DNA of 64,000 bases, taken from IMG/VR virus record IMGVR_UViG_3300029319_000003, positions 32,001-96,000 of that record. One strand, written 5' to 3'. Position numbers and translations under genes: made by a program. The stretch comes from a virus. The notes beneath the pieces are model-generated. The model did no database searches. It worked only from the letters and a program-made list of their open reading frames with translations, and had not been told where the DNA came from. Below, piece by piece: positions 34,030 through 44,378 of the stretch (positions are counted from its first letter, which is position 1; each line of letters begins with the position of its first letter).

Positions 34030-37000
34030 TTAATCGTCAAATGACGCTCCACTATCCGTAATCACGAAGTCAATCGCAATAAACTCAATTGCACGGGCAG
34101 GCTTCAGAAGAATCTTAGCGTACATAATGTTTCTATCAATCAACTCTGGTGTAGTAGTGGTTTCGTCAAGGATGACTCGGAACTCAGTAAGACCGAACCG
34201 AGACTGGACACTTGCCAAGAATGGCTTCACCCGAGAGGTGAATCGTGACCATGTAGTCTGGACGTTCTGGTCGAAGAGGACCGTTGCAGCCATACGAGAT
34301 ACCTGCTTCTTGATGAAAATCATCAAGCGACGTACATTGATGCGGTCGAGAGCAGACTGTGTGACCTGAAGGGTCTTCTGTCCGAACACTACAATGCCTT
34401 CTGCTGGGAACTGTGCGATGGGGTTAATATTTGCCTCATACAGCAGATCCCGTTCCTTAGAGTTCAAGCGGTGTCGCACGTTCAAGACGGGGATACCGGC
34501 AGCACCTTCTGTCAGACCACCACGGGTGAATCCAGCAGGGGCGAACCAAACTTCAGTCTTGCGCTGCGAACTTGACATAGTACCGAGAGCCACGATTGAA
34601 GGTGGAGCCCACAGAAGTGAGTTCTGATCTTGGTCGCGAATCTGGACCCAAGGGAAGTAAGCACAACCGTAACTTGAATTCAAGCCGCGATCTTGTAGGC
34701 TACTCACCGCCGAGGACACACTTGGCAAACGGTTGGCTTCGGAATCTGTGCCTTCTGTTGAAGGAACATAGTCATTCTGAAGGTCGATAATTGCAAGAGC
34801 ATCAGCGCGGTTCTCGCATGCATTAATCATGTGCTCCGTCAAGCCGGGGTTTGTGATACCGGGCATTGCCATCAAGTTGCACTCGACAACTTCAGGGTCT
34901 GCAACGGAATCCACAGCACGCTTGATTGAGTTGTAAGCATAGTGCGTAAGGCTGCTCTGACCGCTCAGTCCAGTATTGCGGAATGGCTCTTGCTCCATAA
35001 TGTCAAGTCCATCGCAACCACCCCAGACTGGCATTGTGAACCGGTCGAAGCCGGATGACAACACTTGGTTGTAAGTTCCACTCACAGCGGTTAATGAGTG
35101 TCCACCCGAGCGGTTTCCATTTGCCCATGAGGCATGTGTTGTGGAGCCGGCGACCAGTCGCACATCGTCAAGAGAGAAGAACTCTCCATACTCTGTTTGA
35201 TTTTCTGTAACTGTCCATGCGCCTGTTCCAACCTCATTGGTGGTTGACCAAGGACGCCCAAGGTCTTCGTAACTCACATCGTGGCGAGCAGAGCCTGTCT
35301 TGGAAGTCATAAGACCCCAATAAGCATCCTTTGGATTGGAAACATCGCCCTGACTGGAACTCACGCGCAACTGATACTTCGGGAAGTGAAGGTCGATATG
35401 TGCGCCGGGAATATTTCCAGCCCAAATGTCGCCCTGACGAGCCTTCCATGTGGCTGTGTCGGCAGAGGCGCTAATAAGCACGTCTGTCGCGGAACCTCTT
35501 GCCGTACCCGTAGCGATACCCCAGTAGTATGAGTATTCATCGCCATATGCGAACGGCTGGGTAACCTGACTGCTTGTGCCGACGGTGTGAATATCACCAG
35601 AGGCGGCAGCGACGGCAGCAGGGGTTGAAGTCAGTGAGGTTGGATCGCCAACTGTGGCGCTCTTCCAGCGAGCCTTTCCATAGTATCCGAAAGGAAGGAG
35701 AGATGGATCGGTAACACCGGTATCCACATCTTCGTTCATTTCCATACGGAAGAATCGAGACTGGTTGTTGAAGCGACCATAAGTCTTGAATCGACCCTCT
35801 GAGTAATCCCAAGTAGAGTACATATCGCCAACCTTGCGAGCAACATAGTTCTCGGAGTTGGGGTTGAGGTTACAACTTGAGAAACGCTCAACGATCCGTG
35901 GAGCATTGTCCTTGTCGTTGGCACGACGCACAACAATACTGAAGGAGCCGTAAGGTTCAAACTCATTTGTTGATGCCTTAATGTCTTCGATAGAAATCTT
36001 AAGGTTTTGCTGTTCCCACTCGCCACTGTAAAGTCCGTGGAACTTCATCAACTTAGTGACAGGATACTCACCGTCGGAATCAGGAACGAACAGCGAACCT
36101 GAGCCAAGGTGTTGCGAGACAACCCAACCACTCTGGGCTGGACGTGCGCTAACACGGTTGTCAGACTGATCTGCACCAGAGGATGCCATTTGCTTCAGTG
36201 GCACCAGAGCCGCCATTTGTGAACCGGCAGCAGTGGTAGCAGACAAACTATGTCCAAGATACTGATCAAAAGTCTCTCCGAGCCAGAATGTCTTTACTTG
36301 CGCCGAATTCGTAATTGTATCGTTGCACAGCGTTGGGTTCGTGTTGAGAACCTTTCGGGCATACTTCTTAGATGCCGGTGCCATGTTGAAAGAAATTGTA
36401 TCTTGCACAACATCGGACTTGTTACGAACACGCAACTTAAATTCATAATCTGAACCATCGGATTGAATCCACATTCCTGCTCCGTCGCGGGCAACACCAG
36501 CCAAGTCGTTTCCGACCAGTGTCAGAGCGCCCTCGTCAGCGTAAATAACTGCGGCAAGGTGGGCATCGCCCAAGTCTTGAGCAGAGCCAGATGCGGCAAC
36601 AGGACCAGTAGCAAGACCATCAGAGGAAAAGTCCACGACAGTCATGCTGTTAATATCTTCACTAATACTGCTCGCTACGCCAGCAGCGCCGGGAATGAAC
36701 TTGTTGGTAACCGTGACTACAGCGTCAGCAGCAGAGGCACCAAGCATGTAAGCCGAAGAGTCACTGGCGGCAGCAGAGCCACTTACGATTTGCTTTGCAA
36801 TGTGTGTTGCAAGCGCAGCGTTGGTGGCGGCAGAAGCGTCAGCCTCAAACCATACCCAAGTGTTGTCAGGGGTAGCAGCATTAACTGAGAAATCTTGATA
36901 TGAAGTGGAGATGGCAGCACCGCCGAAAGCAGGAGTGCCACGGGCTGTGAATCCCTTGAACTCCATCTTGAATGCCTTCGATCCTTTAATTTCTACCTTT

Positions 37001-37929
37001 CCGCTAGCGTCAAGTTGACCGGCTGTTGAACTGCTCTTCTGGTAAATAACAACATAACCCGAGGATGGGCTCATGGTGCCAATAGCGTCAGCCACATCGT
37101 GAGCAGCAGAGCCACCTGTTCCACCGGTGAGCGAGTTTCCAAGACCGTTTGTGGTGTGTACAAAAGTAGTACCGACGACAGCGCCAAAGTGACTAGCAGA
37201 TGCATTAATGTCGGTAACAATGTTAGCCGCGCTCCAAGCACCTGCTCGGAGGTTGATTGTGTCTTCACCGGCACTGCAAGAAAGAATCAAGTTTCCGTCG
37301 CCGCCGTATGTTCCACCGGCTTCATAGATTACACCCCAAGCGTTCATGGATGTTCCTTCGCGGAACTTGATAGTATCGGAAGAGCCGTCTGCCTTGTATG
37401 AAATTTCAGAGTCAACAGCACCATTTGCTGTGCCGTGATCTAACAGTCGGGCGTATGTGCCGCCCATCGTCAAAGATGCAGTTGCGTTTGTAACGCCGGC
37501 AAAATCAGCGACAAACAGACCATATGCAGCAGCGTTTGCATTTACATTGGTTCCAAGCGTACCAGAAACCTTCCAACCAGCACGGGTTGCAGAGGCACTA
37601 TAATCATCATGATCAGCGCCAAGCAGCCTCACATATGTAAGCGGTCCAGAGTTGCGGAGGTATGCTTGTGCAGCATATGCACCGTATGTTGGACCGAGGC
37701 GGTTGCCTTCTCGCCAAACATCGCCACCCTTTCCACCGGGAACGGGCATTCCGAATGTCTCAACGAATTCAGAAAATGAATCGACCTTCGTAGGGACTAA
37801 ACCGGGTCCGCGCTCTGCGCGACCGATAACCACCGGACCCATTTCTGCTGGGGCTTTCGGTAGTTGTGAGTTATCAATCTCATTCAGGAAAATTCCCGGT
37901 GATACAAACTTAAACTTTTTAACTGACAT
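34030..37929 (-). CDS. Contractile tail sheath protein (gp18-like), greatly enlarged
   Basis: N-terminal FVSPGIFLNEIDNS; C-terminal WFAPAGFTRG, INPIAQFP, GQKTLQ, RINVRRL, IEFIAIDF; 1299 aa. Confidence 0.95.
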   Translation of the reverse strand: MSVKKFKFVSPGIFLNEIDNSQLPKAPAEMGPVVIGRAERGPGLVPTKVDSFSEFVETFGMPVPGGKGGDVWREGNRLGPTYGAYAAQAYLRNSGPLTYVRLLGADHDDYSASATRAGWKVSGTLGTNVNANAAAYGLFVADFAGVTNATASLTMGGTYARLLDHGTANGAVDSEISYKADGSSDTIKFREGTSMNAWGVIYEAGGTYGGDGNLILSCSAGEDTINLRAGAWSAANIVTDINASASHFGAVVGTTFVHTTNGLGNSLTGGTGGSAAHDVADAIGTMSPSSGYVVIYQKSSSTAGQLDASGKVEIKGSKAFKMEFKGFTARGTPAFGGAAISTSYQDFSVNAATPDNTWVWFEADASAATNAALATHIAKQIVSGSAAASDSSAYMLGASAADAVVTVTNKFIPGAAGVASSISEDINSMTVVDFSSDGLATGPVAASGSAQDLGDAHLAAVIYADEGALTLVGNDLAGVARDGAGMWIQSDGSDYEFKLRVRNKSDVVQDTISFNMAPASKKYARKVLNTNPTLCNDTITNSAQVKTFWLGETFDQYLGHSLSATTAAGSQMAALVPLKQMASSGADQSDNRVSARPAQSGWVVSQHLGSGSLFVPDSDGEYPVTKLMKFHGLYSGEWEQQNLKISIEDIKASTNEFEPYGSFSIVVRRANDKDNAPRIVERFSSCNLNPNSENYVARKVGDMYSTWDYSEGRFKTYGRFNNQSRFFRMEMNEDVDTGVTDPSLLPFGYYGKARWKSATVGDPTSLTSTPAAVAAASGDIHTVGTSSQVTQPFAYGDEYSYYWGIATGTARGSATDVLISASADTATWKARQGDIWAGNIPGAHIDLHFPKYQLRVSSSQGDVSNPKDAYWGLMTSKTGSARHDVSYEDLGRPWSTTNEVGTGAWTVTENQTEYGEFFSLDDVRLVAGSTTHASWANGNRSGGHSLTAVSGTYNQVLSSGFDRFTMPVWGGCDGLDIMEQEPFRNTGLSGQSSLTHYAYNSIKRAVDSVADPEVVECNLMAMPGITNPGLTEHMINACENRADALAIIDLQNDYVPSTEGTDSEANRLPSVSSAVSSLQDRGLNSSYGCAYFPWVQIRDQDQNSLLWAPPSIVALGTMSSSQRKTEVWFAPAGFTRGGLTEGAAGIPVLNVRHRLNSKERDLLYEANINPIAQFPAEGIVVFGQKTLQVTQSALDRINVRRLMIFIKKQVSRMAATVLFDQNVQTTWSRFTSRVKPFLASVQSRFGLTEFRVILDETTTTPELIDRNIMYAKILLKPARAIEFIAIDFVITDSGASFDD

Positions 37930-37997
37930 GCTTTTTCTCCTTGGAACCGTTTGGCACTTCTAGGACTACTATTCTAATCCCGTGGTTTTTACTCTAT

Positions 37998-38005
37998 TAA
38001 ATAGT
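37998..38005 (-). promoter_or_regulatory. Candidate late promoter ACTATTTA
   Basis: 68 nt upstream of the sheath ATG. Confidence 0.6.
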
Positions 38006-38053
38006 GCGGAGTTTGTCGAAAGACCATTTCGATTTCTAGAATTTACCCACTAC

Positions 38054-38875
38054 TTAATCGATTTCATCTGGAAACCAGATGGACTCTCTTGGAAACTTAA
38101 ACTCTACTGCACTCTCTCGTTTCGTAATGAAAGGTTTTTCGCGATTTGGACCCTCTCCGATCAAATGACCAAGAACTTTTATTTCAATTTGAGTTTGAAA
38201 CTTTCTCTCATCTTCACCCATGTCCGCGACGTTGTTGTCTCCCGAGAAGTCATCGCCAATAAAAGCCTCAAATTTGTGCTCTTCGTGGCTGAGTGTGAAA
38301 TAATTAACAGCGCCGGTCTTCGTCATGAATGGCTGGGTGATCTCATTCATTTGCTGCACATACTCTGTCCAAACAGAGATCGTATACGTCACATCAACAT
38401 ACACGGGCATGGGAATTGAAATCGTTTCGTACACCACTTTTTCGTTCTGCGGGCTGAGTTTAAAATTGATTTTGCCATGCCGCTTTTTCGATGTGGCGTT
38501 GGCGAAATTCTTTGTCTTGTCTTGCTGGATTCTTCTTGAGATGACAATGGAACCACCCTTGTAATCATTAATCTCCGAGATGTGTGCCCAAGCCGGTCCT
38601 TTGCGACCGGGATCTTTAACAGCACCTGTTCGTTCAACAGTAATGATAGGCAAAATAAGAGATCCATTCTTGTCTCGGAGGCGGCTATCTTTTTTAACTT
38701 GATGAACGCGCTCGCCGGCAACAAAAATAACAGGCACCTTCTTCCAGCCTTCGTTTGTGGTGGTGTGGATGTTTAGGGTGTCGTTAACCCAGTTGAACAT
38801 GCTGCGATCAATGTTCTCCATTGAACAGGGAGACACTTCAATCTTTTCTTTATATTTGTTATCCGGTATAGGCAT
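38054..38875 (-). CDS. Tail terminator / sheath stabiliser (gp15-like)
   Basis: Start at ATG 38875; VPVIFVAGER, LILPIITVER, PVYVDVTYTISVWT; position between neck and sheath. Confidence 0.7.
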   Translation of the reverse strand: MPIPDNKYKEKIEVSPCSMENIDRSMFNWVNDTLNIHTTTNEGWKKVPVIFVAGERVHQVKKDSRLRDKNGSLILPIITVERTGAVKDPGRKGPAWAHISEINDYKGGSIVISRRIQQDKTKNFANATSKKRHGKINFKLSPQNEKVVYETISIPMPVYVDVTYTISVWTEYVQQMNEITQPFMTKTGAVNYFTLSHEEHKFEAFIGDDFSGDNNVADMGEDERKFQTQIEIKVLGHLIGEGPNREKPFITKRESAVEFKFPRESIWFPDEID

Positions 38876-39353
38876 TAAACACTCCCTCTCTAGCCTTACG
38901 GCACGTTGCGGTGATTTGGAACTTGTGAGGATCCTGACCAAACAAATATCTCGGCTGTCCTAAATCTGCGATTTCATAAAACTCGCCATCGTACTGCAAG
39001 AAGTCGCCTTCGCGAATAAATAAATTTTGATCTTCGGTCAGTCGGCGCTTGTGAAAATGTACAGTGATGTTACTAATCTTATCAACACCATAATTCGTAT
39101 AAGAAGTCGTTGTCTCGTTCTTTTCAACCAAGCAATGAATTCTCACCGGAGGCAAGAATGTTTTTTCAATCGCCTCGCCATACAAATCGTGAAACTCGGA
39201 CCTTTCAAGGTCAATAGGGTAATATAAAACTGTCTGACCGATGACGCGCTCGATCAACTCATCATTAACTTGCTTAACAAGATTTCTTTCTTTTTCCCCT
39301 GCAAATAACGGTGGTGGAGGGGCTTCTGGCTGGGACCATTCGTTGTCTGCCAT
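38859..39353 (-). CDS. Neck protein (gp14-like head closure)
   Basis: ELIERVIGQTVLYYP, LYGEAIEK, IREGDFLQYDGEFYEI. Confidence 0.75.
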   Translation of the reverse strand: MADNEWSQPEAPPPPLFAGEKERNLVKQVNDELIERVIGQTVLYYPIDLERSEFHDLYGEAIEKTFLPPVRIHCLVEKNETTTSYTNYGVDKISNITVHFHKRRLTEDQNLFIREGDFLQYDGEFYEIADLGQPRYLFGQDPHKFQITATCRKAREGVFNAYTG

Positions 39354-39366
39354 GTCTTAGCCCTCC

Positions 39367-40680
39367 TTATCCTGTGAAAATCGGCAATGGGTTTTGCGTC
39401 TGCAATCGAGATGATTGCTCCGCAAAGTCTGCGTCACCTTCAATTAGTTTTCCGTATGTCAATTCATCAAGCACGGTAATCAATTCTTCTCTAAGAGAAT
39501 TTTGCTCGTCTTTACCTGCGGTAATTAAGTCTCCACCATTCATCGACAAGTCGTTGCCGGGAATAGGAATCGAAGAAAATTTGCTACGCACCAAGCCAAG
39601 CATCTCCTTAGACAATGCGAGTGCGAATCGACGGATCCACTGCTTTCCAATAGAGTTAATCTTATCAAATGGCAAGTTTTGCATTGGCATCGTGTTCATG
39701 TTATTAATGCCGTCGATACCCTTGAAAGGCTTCGTTTCTTGCCAGTTATCTCCCGAGGTTGGAACTGTGAATTCAACCCAAAACTTTGCGGGCGAGCCGC
39801 CGGCTGTGGGCGTTGGGAAAAGCCTCAACTGATTGTCACGCAACTCGTAAGAATAGTGTGAAGTGCGAGTATAAATCGCATCTTCATATGCAGTTGCTTG
39901 CAACTTGTTGTGCCACACTGGGATCATTTCAAATGTCGATGCATCTGAATATTGCCCATAGTCAGCCAAGTTACCGATAACAGAAAGCCCGCCATAATAT
40001 GCATAGAAGTTCCACATGGCGCGGGAAGTTTTGTAATACACTTTATTAACAAGAATCTTCTGATCTCCAACAGCCCCCGCAAAATCTAAAGAAGCAGTGT
40101 TGGCGGCTGAAGATGAAATCAGTGATTGAAGATCGTAGTCTTGTTGTCCGTCTACCATATCAAAAGATGCAGAGTATGTACGGATATGCCCACCCACGGC
40201 AACTTCGCCTGAAGTGCCTTCTGCGATGCGGCGACCGTATGCGAAGTCAAAAATTGGATATTTTAGACCCAAATGCAGATTCTTATCAACCGAACCATCA
40301 TTAAATGATCCGGTAATCATCCCATTGGAATCAAAACTTCCCGTTGTGGAACCAAGAAGGTTCGACAAAGTATTCTTCGACTGGTGTACATTTAAAATAT
40401 ATGAGTACTCCAATATCGCCTCTTCATATGCCGCATAAATATTATATTCGGTCAACTCAATGTCCAAAACATCGCCGCCTAATTTCTTGTATACATAAGC
40501 AACCTGATCGATGCTGCCTGTTTTATACATTCCAATTTGTTCTGCTGACCAAATATCTGTGTCAACATAAACCCCAAACGGAAGAGGGTTATCTGATGAA
40601 TTTACGTTGCCAATAGTACCCGTGATCGGCAAGATCACAGTACTTGCAGTTTGGCTCGGAGTGAGGGTTGGTTTCGCCAT
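39367..40680 (-). CDS. Neck protein (gp13-like adaptor)
   Basis: KLGGDVLDIELT, QWIRRFALALSKEMLGLVRSKF, MNGGDLITAGKDEQ. Confidence 0.85.
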   Translation of the reverse strand: MAKPTLTPSQTASTVILPITGTIGNVNSSDNPLPFGVYVDTDIWSAEQIGMYKTGSIDQVAYVYKKLGGDVLDIELTEYNIYAAYEEAILEYSYILNVHQSKNTLSNLLGSTTGSFDSNGMITGSFNDGSVDKNLHLGLKYPIFDFAYGRRIAEGTSGEVAVGGHIRTYSASFDMVDGQQDYDLQSLISSSAANTASLDFAGAVGDQKILVNKVYYKTSRAMWNFYAYYGGLSVIGNLADYGQYSDASTFEMIPVWHNKLQATAYEDAIYTRTSHYSYELRDNQLRLFPTPTAGGSPAKFWVEFTVPTSGDNWQETKPFKGIDGINNMNTMPMQNLPFDKINSIGKQWIRRFALALSKEMLGLVRSKFSSIPIPGNDLSMNGGDLITAGKDEQNSLREELITVLDELTYGKLIEGDADFAEQSSRLQTQNPLPIFTG

Positions 40681-40705
40681 TTAATAATTCTCCACAATAC
40701 TGCTG

Positions 40706-40713
40706 TAAATAGT
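40706..40713 (-). promoter_or_regulatory. Candidate late promoter ACTATTTA
   Basis: 25 nt upstream of the neck gene ATG, just after the MCP terminator. Confidence 0.6.
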
Positions 40714-40742
40714 TTGCCGACCATAGAAACACCGACACAAAT

Positions 40743-40773
40743 AAAAAAACCCCGCTCGGATGAGCGGGGTTTT
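40743..40773 (-). terminator. Rho-independent terminator after the major capsid gene
   Basis: CCCCGCTC-4 nt-GAGCGGGG stem with a T7 tract on the minus strand. Confidence 0.9.
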
Positions 40774-40814
40774 AGTATGTTTAACAGTATTACTACTATT
40801 AATCTTTGGGGGGA

Positions 40815-42722
40815 TTAGCCCTCAAGGTCACGGACCACGACCAGACCGTAAAGGTCAGGGCGCACCATCTTCTTCCCGTAACGGGTCATCACGCCCTTGC
40901 GGGGAGTGAAGTCGTCAGCGTTGAAGATAGTTGGAGTGACTTGCAGGGGCACATAAGGCGCGTAAACATAGCCGCTTTCCAAGAAAGAACTACCCTTACG
41001 ACCAACAAGAATCACATTTCGGGGGAAATATGGATCGACGTAAACGTCCCACTTCTTGTTGATTGAGCCAGACTGCTGTGCTCCAACAGTTCCTCGGTCG
41101 TCATCAGCGGTGATGCTTGCGCGGAAACCACTGGTGAACTCAAGGATGTTGGCAACCTCTGGTGAACACACCAAGAAGTTAGCCCCACCGCGAAGAGTCT
41201 TGCGGTGAATGTCGGCAGACACGTCGTTGATTGTCTCAACAAGAGTCTCGTACCACTCACTCACAGTACCCGTGAAGTCGGGGGGAGCAGTTGCAGAAGT
41301 AATATCTGCACCAGTCGAACGGTTCACGAAAAGACCGGGACGACGTGACCAGTAAAGTGTACCAGCAGTGGCACCCATCACCAAGTCGCGAAGGATTTCC
41401 TGATCAATCTCAAGACCGATCTGCTCGGACAGAATTGAAGTCAATTCCACCTCGGCATCAAGGTTGTGGTAGGCGTTAAGATCCTGACCCAACTCTGGGC
41501 TCCAAGAAGCCTTCAACTTCCGAGTGCGAGCGGTAATTGCGAGGGAGTCAACACGGATGTTGATTTCGCGCATAGCGTTCGAATCGGGACGGAACTGACC
41601 GCTGCCATTTCTGGACTCAAGACCCCAAGGGGCAGTACCAGCAAGAGCGCCAAGGCTACTAGAATCAGCAGCAAGACCATCGCTGATGGGGAAACGGATA
41701 GTAATTCCGCTAGTCGCAGACAATGCAGAGATATTATCACCAGCCGCATCGTAAGAGCCATCAAGGGAGCCAGATGAAACAGATACGAACTCAAGATACT
41801 TCGTACCCACAGCATCAACACCAGATGCGGTGTGAACACCTTCACCTTCAACAACGCGAGTCAAACGACGCACAAGAATACCAAACTTAGCGGCGTTCAT
41901 GACGGTTTGTCCATCGTTGCCCATTGAAACTGTCAGGGAAGACAAGTCGTTCTCGGCGCGGAGACTCCAGTCGTTACGAGCATCAAACGGTGCAGAGTCG
42001 GTGGACTGGGAGTCGATGATCTGTGCCGTAGGAATACGGTGAACAAGAGCCTTATAGCCAGCCAGACCAATAAGGTCAGCATCGTGACGGATAGCCTTCT
42101 TCATGAGATCACCAGCAGTAGTGGCTGGGATAGTCGCGAGAGGAACAGCATCAACCAGCAACTTGACTTGGGCTTCGGTAAGACCAGCCTCACCCCGAGC
42201 AGCGGAATACCCACTGTTCAAGTTGTAGAAGCCCTTATCGGCTTGATCAAGGTTGACGGTACCGGCAGTGTCAATGCCACTAAGGCGAACACCAGAAGTG
42301 ATTCCGCGAGCAACGCGATCACCATAAAGGGACCGATTATCGTCAGCCTCAATCACCTTATCTCCACTCGCCTCATCAAGATCATCTGCATGCTTGAAGT
42401 CGAGGAAGAAGATCAGTCCAGAAGGCAGGCTCATGGGCTGAACGCTAACAAGTTCATTAGCGATTAGTCCACCGAATACACGGCGAACGATTGGGAATGC
42501 AACAGCAGCAAAGCCTGAGACTTCACCGGACTGCATTGAGTTATACTCCCGCAGGAGTTCTTTGGCTTGGTTCTCTAGCAAGAGAGCCATTCCATTCTTG
42601 GCATTTTCTGCGTCAAGACCTTCCAGAAGTCCGGTTGCTTCCCACTTGTTAATGAGAGCCTGACCTTCCTTCGCAAGATCGCGAGACACGATGCCTTCAG
42701 TTAGTTTATCTAATACTGACAT
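40815..42722 (-). CDS. Major capsid protein (T4 gp23-like) with enlarged insertion
   Basis: AFPIVRRVF, VSVQPMSLPSGLIF, ARTRKLKASWSPELGQDL, EIDQEI, YAPYVPL, GVMTRYG. Confidence 0.96.
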   Translation of the reverse strand: MSVLDKLTEGIVSRDLAKEGQALINKWEATGLLEGLDAENAKNGMALLLENQAKELLREYNSMQSGEVSGFAAVAFPIVRRVFGGLIANELVSVQPMSLPSGLIFFLDFKHADDLDEASGDKVIEADDNRSLYGDRVARGITSGVRLSGIDTAGTVNLDQADKGFYNLNSGYSAARGEAGLTEAQVKLLVDAVPLATIPATTAGDLMKKAIRHDADLIGLAGYKALVHRIPTAQIIDSQSTDSAPFDARNDWSLRAENDLSSLTVSMGNDGQTVMNAAKFGILVRRLTRVVEGEGVHTASGVDAVGTKYLEFVSVSSGSLDGSYDAAGDNISALSATSGITIRFPISDGLAADSSSLGALAGTAPWGLESRNGSGQFRPDSNAMREINIRVDSLAITARTRKLKASWSPELGQDLNAYHNLDAEVELTSILSEQIGLEIDQEILRDLVMGATAGTLYWSRRPGLFVNRSTGADITSATAPPDFTGTVSEWYETLVETINDVSADIHRKTLRGGANFLVCSPEVANILEFTSGFRASITADDDRGTVGAQQSGSINKKWDVYVDPYFPRNVILVGRKGSSFLESGYVYAPYVPLQVTPTIFNADDFTPRKGVMTRYGKKMVRPDLYGLVVVRDLEG

Positions 42723-42756
42723 TTTTTCGTTTCTCCTTTTTATTTAACGAATTAAG

Positions 42757-43821
42757 TTATTTCTTTTTTGTGATACCAGCCAACCGTTGCATACGCTCAA
42801 GTGCTGGATCGTGTCTTGTTGATTCGGTCACAACTTTACGTCGAGACATAAAAGGAACCGAAGACCTATTCCGATTTGCCGCTTCGCTCAGTGTATTTTT
42901 ACCTACAGTGTTACCACTGTTGCTAGCCACTGTGCTTCGAAGGGTTTCGAAAATTGTTTTCGCCTCTTCTACTGAACCAACTTTTGAAATAGCCTCGACA
43001 ATCTTCTTTTTCTGTCGCTCATTCAAGGAGTCACTATTTAATACCCTGTTGGTATACAGGAGTTTCGCATTAGAAAGGTTAACTTTCAACATGCGTTGCC
43101 CCATATCATCAATTGTAGCCGTCAGATCTTTGTTTTCTTGAACGAGCGTTGCACGGTCATTCGCCAACGCATTTACCTTCTCTTCAAGATCCTTAATACG
43201 ACTCATGAAATCTTTTCTTTCTTGTGCCCTTTTGTCGTCGCGTGCGGAAGCCATTGCTTGTGCTAATTGCTCCTCGTCATCTGCGACATTCGAAGTGGAA
43301 TAGCCATCGGGCACCGGCTCAACATCCACTGCTAATTCTTCTCTAATTGCATCGAGGAGCGCAGAAATGTCTGCTTCTTCCAATTCGATTTCCAATTCTG
43401 TATTTCCATCTTCTTGAAGGAGGTCACCGAGGTCTTCTTCCTCTTCTCCACCAAGTTCATCACCCATTTCATCACCGCCAAGACCTAAGTCGTCTTCGCC
43501 GCCTTCCATGTCACCGAGGGCATCTTCTTCGCCGGCTTCTTCAGCCGCATCCATTGCCACTCGCAGTTCTTCGAAATCGAGCGTTACTGGCTCCATGTCT
43601 TCTGGACAAGGACAAAGTTTTGCTCCGTCTCCATGTGCAGGGGGAACTGCGTCGAGTCCGCTCGGAACGCCCATTCCCATTTCTGGCTGCTCCAACATGA
43701 GCCCCACGGCATCTTTAATATCAGCGGAATACCGCTCGATAAGTGCCTGTTCAGCATTCTTAATTGCTGCTGACTTCAATGCTGTCGCATCGATAATTGC
43801 TTGTTCTAACATACTTGACAT
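42757..43821 (-). CDS. Prohead core scaffold protein (gp22-like)
   Basis: Acidic coiled coil directly upstream of MCP; NLSNAKLLYTNRVL; C-terminal RMQRLAGI. Confidence 0.85.
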   Translation of the reverse strand: MSSMLEQAIIDATALKSAAIKNAEQALIERYSADIKDAVGLMLEQPEMGMGVPSGLDAVPPAHGDGAKLCPCPEDMEPVTLDFEELRVAMDAAEEAGEEDALGDMEGGEDDLGLGGDEMGDELGGEEEEDLGDLLQEDGNTELEIELEEADISALLDAIREELAVDVEPVPDGYSTSNVADDEEQLAQAMASARDDKRAQERKDFMSRIKDLEEKVNALANDRATLVQENKDLTATIDDMGQRMLKVNLSNAKLLYTNRVLNSDSLNERQKKKIVEAISKVGSVEEAKTIFETLRSTVASNSGNTVGKNTLSEAANRNRSSVPFMSRRKVVTESTRHDPALERMQRLAGITKKK

Positions 43822-43867
43822 TTATTCTCCTGCCTCATAAACCCGGTTGATGTATACAGTCTCACCA

Positions 43868-43875
43868 TAAATAGT
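43868..43875 (-). promoter_or_regulatory. Candidate late promoter ACTATTTA (scaffold-MCP operon)
   Basis: 46 nt upstream of the scaffold ATG. Confidence 0.6.
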
Positions 43876-43923
43876 GCTCTTAAGTTCAAAATTCCCTTGC
43901 ATAATTAAATTAGTGACCTAGTA

Positions 43924-44361
43924 TTAAAGTGCTGTGTCAGCAATGCCCCTATATGCGGCAATTTTACTTGAAAAATCGTCCTGAATGGGGGTTAATCCTG
44001 CGATGATCTCCACGCTAACGCCGGTGTTGCTTGCCAATAAAAATAAAGATGATACGCGCACCTCAAGATGAATGTAATCTGCCTGATTTGCTGGCAGTGT
44101 AATCCACGGCTGTTTTTGTGGACTTGTTCCAGTTGAATTCACTCCAGCAGAACTAAACCCTAATTTAACTGTGTGGCTACCGTGCAAATTTTTTACTTTA
44201 ATCCAACGGGTAACATTGTGGTTTGTCCCATCGGGCTTAAAGTCAACTTGGGTGCCGGGTGCTGAGTTTGTAACTGCAATAGTTTGAAGCCACGGAACGC
44301 CGCTGATCTGATATGAGCCGACAGAGCCAACTCCAACTTTATACTGATTTCCAAGAGCCAT
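43924..44361 (-). CDS. Small beta-rich virion protein, paralogue A
   Basis: Near-duplicate of 44379..44813 (GVGSVGSYQISG.PW, QPWITLP, HLEVRVSS, IIAGLTPIQ). Confidence 0.8.
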   Translation of the reverse strand: MALGNQYKVGVGSVGSYQISGVPWLQTIAVTNSAPGTQVDFKPDGTNHNVTRWIKVKNLHGSHTVKLGFSSAGVNSTGTSPQKQPWITLPANQADYIHLEVRVSSLFLLASNTGVSVEIIAGLTPIQDDFSSKIAAYRGIADTAL

Positions 44362-44378
44362 TTATATTTCTCCAACCT

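Noticed and set aside
38049-38056. Plus-strand ACTACTTA pointing antisense into the gp15-like gene
   Set aside because: Single occurrence overlapping a stop codon in AT-rich DNA, with no plus-strand gene; chance cannot be excluded.
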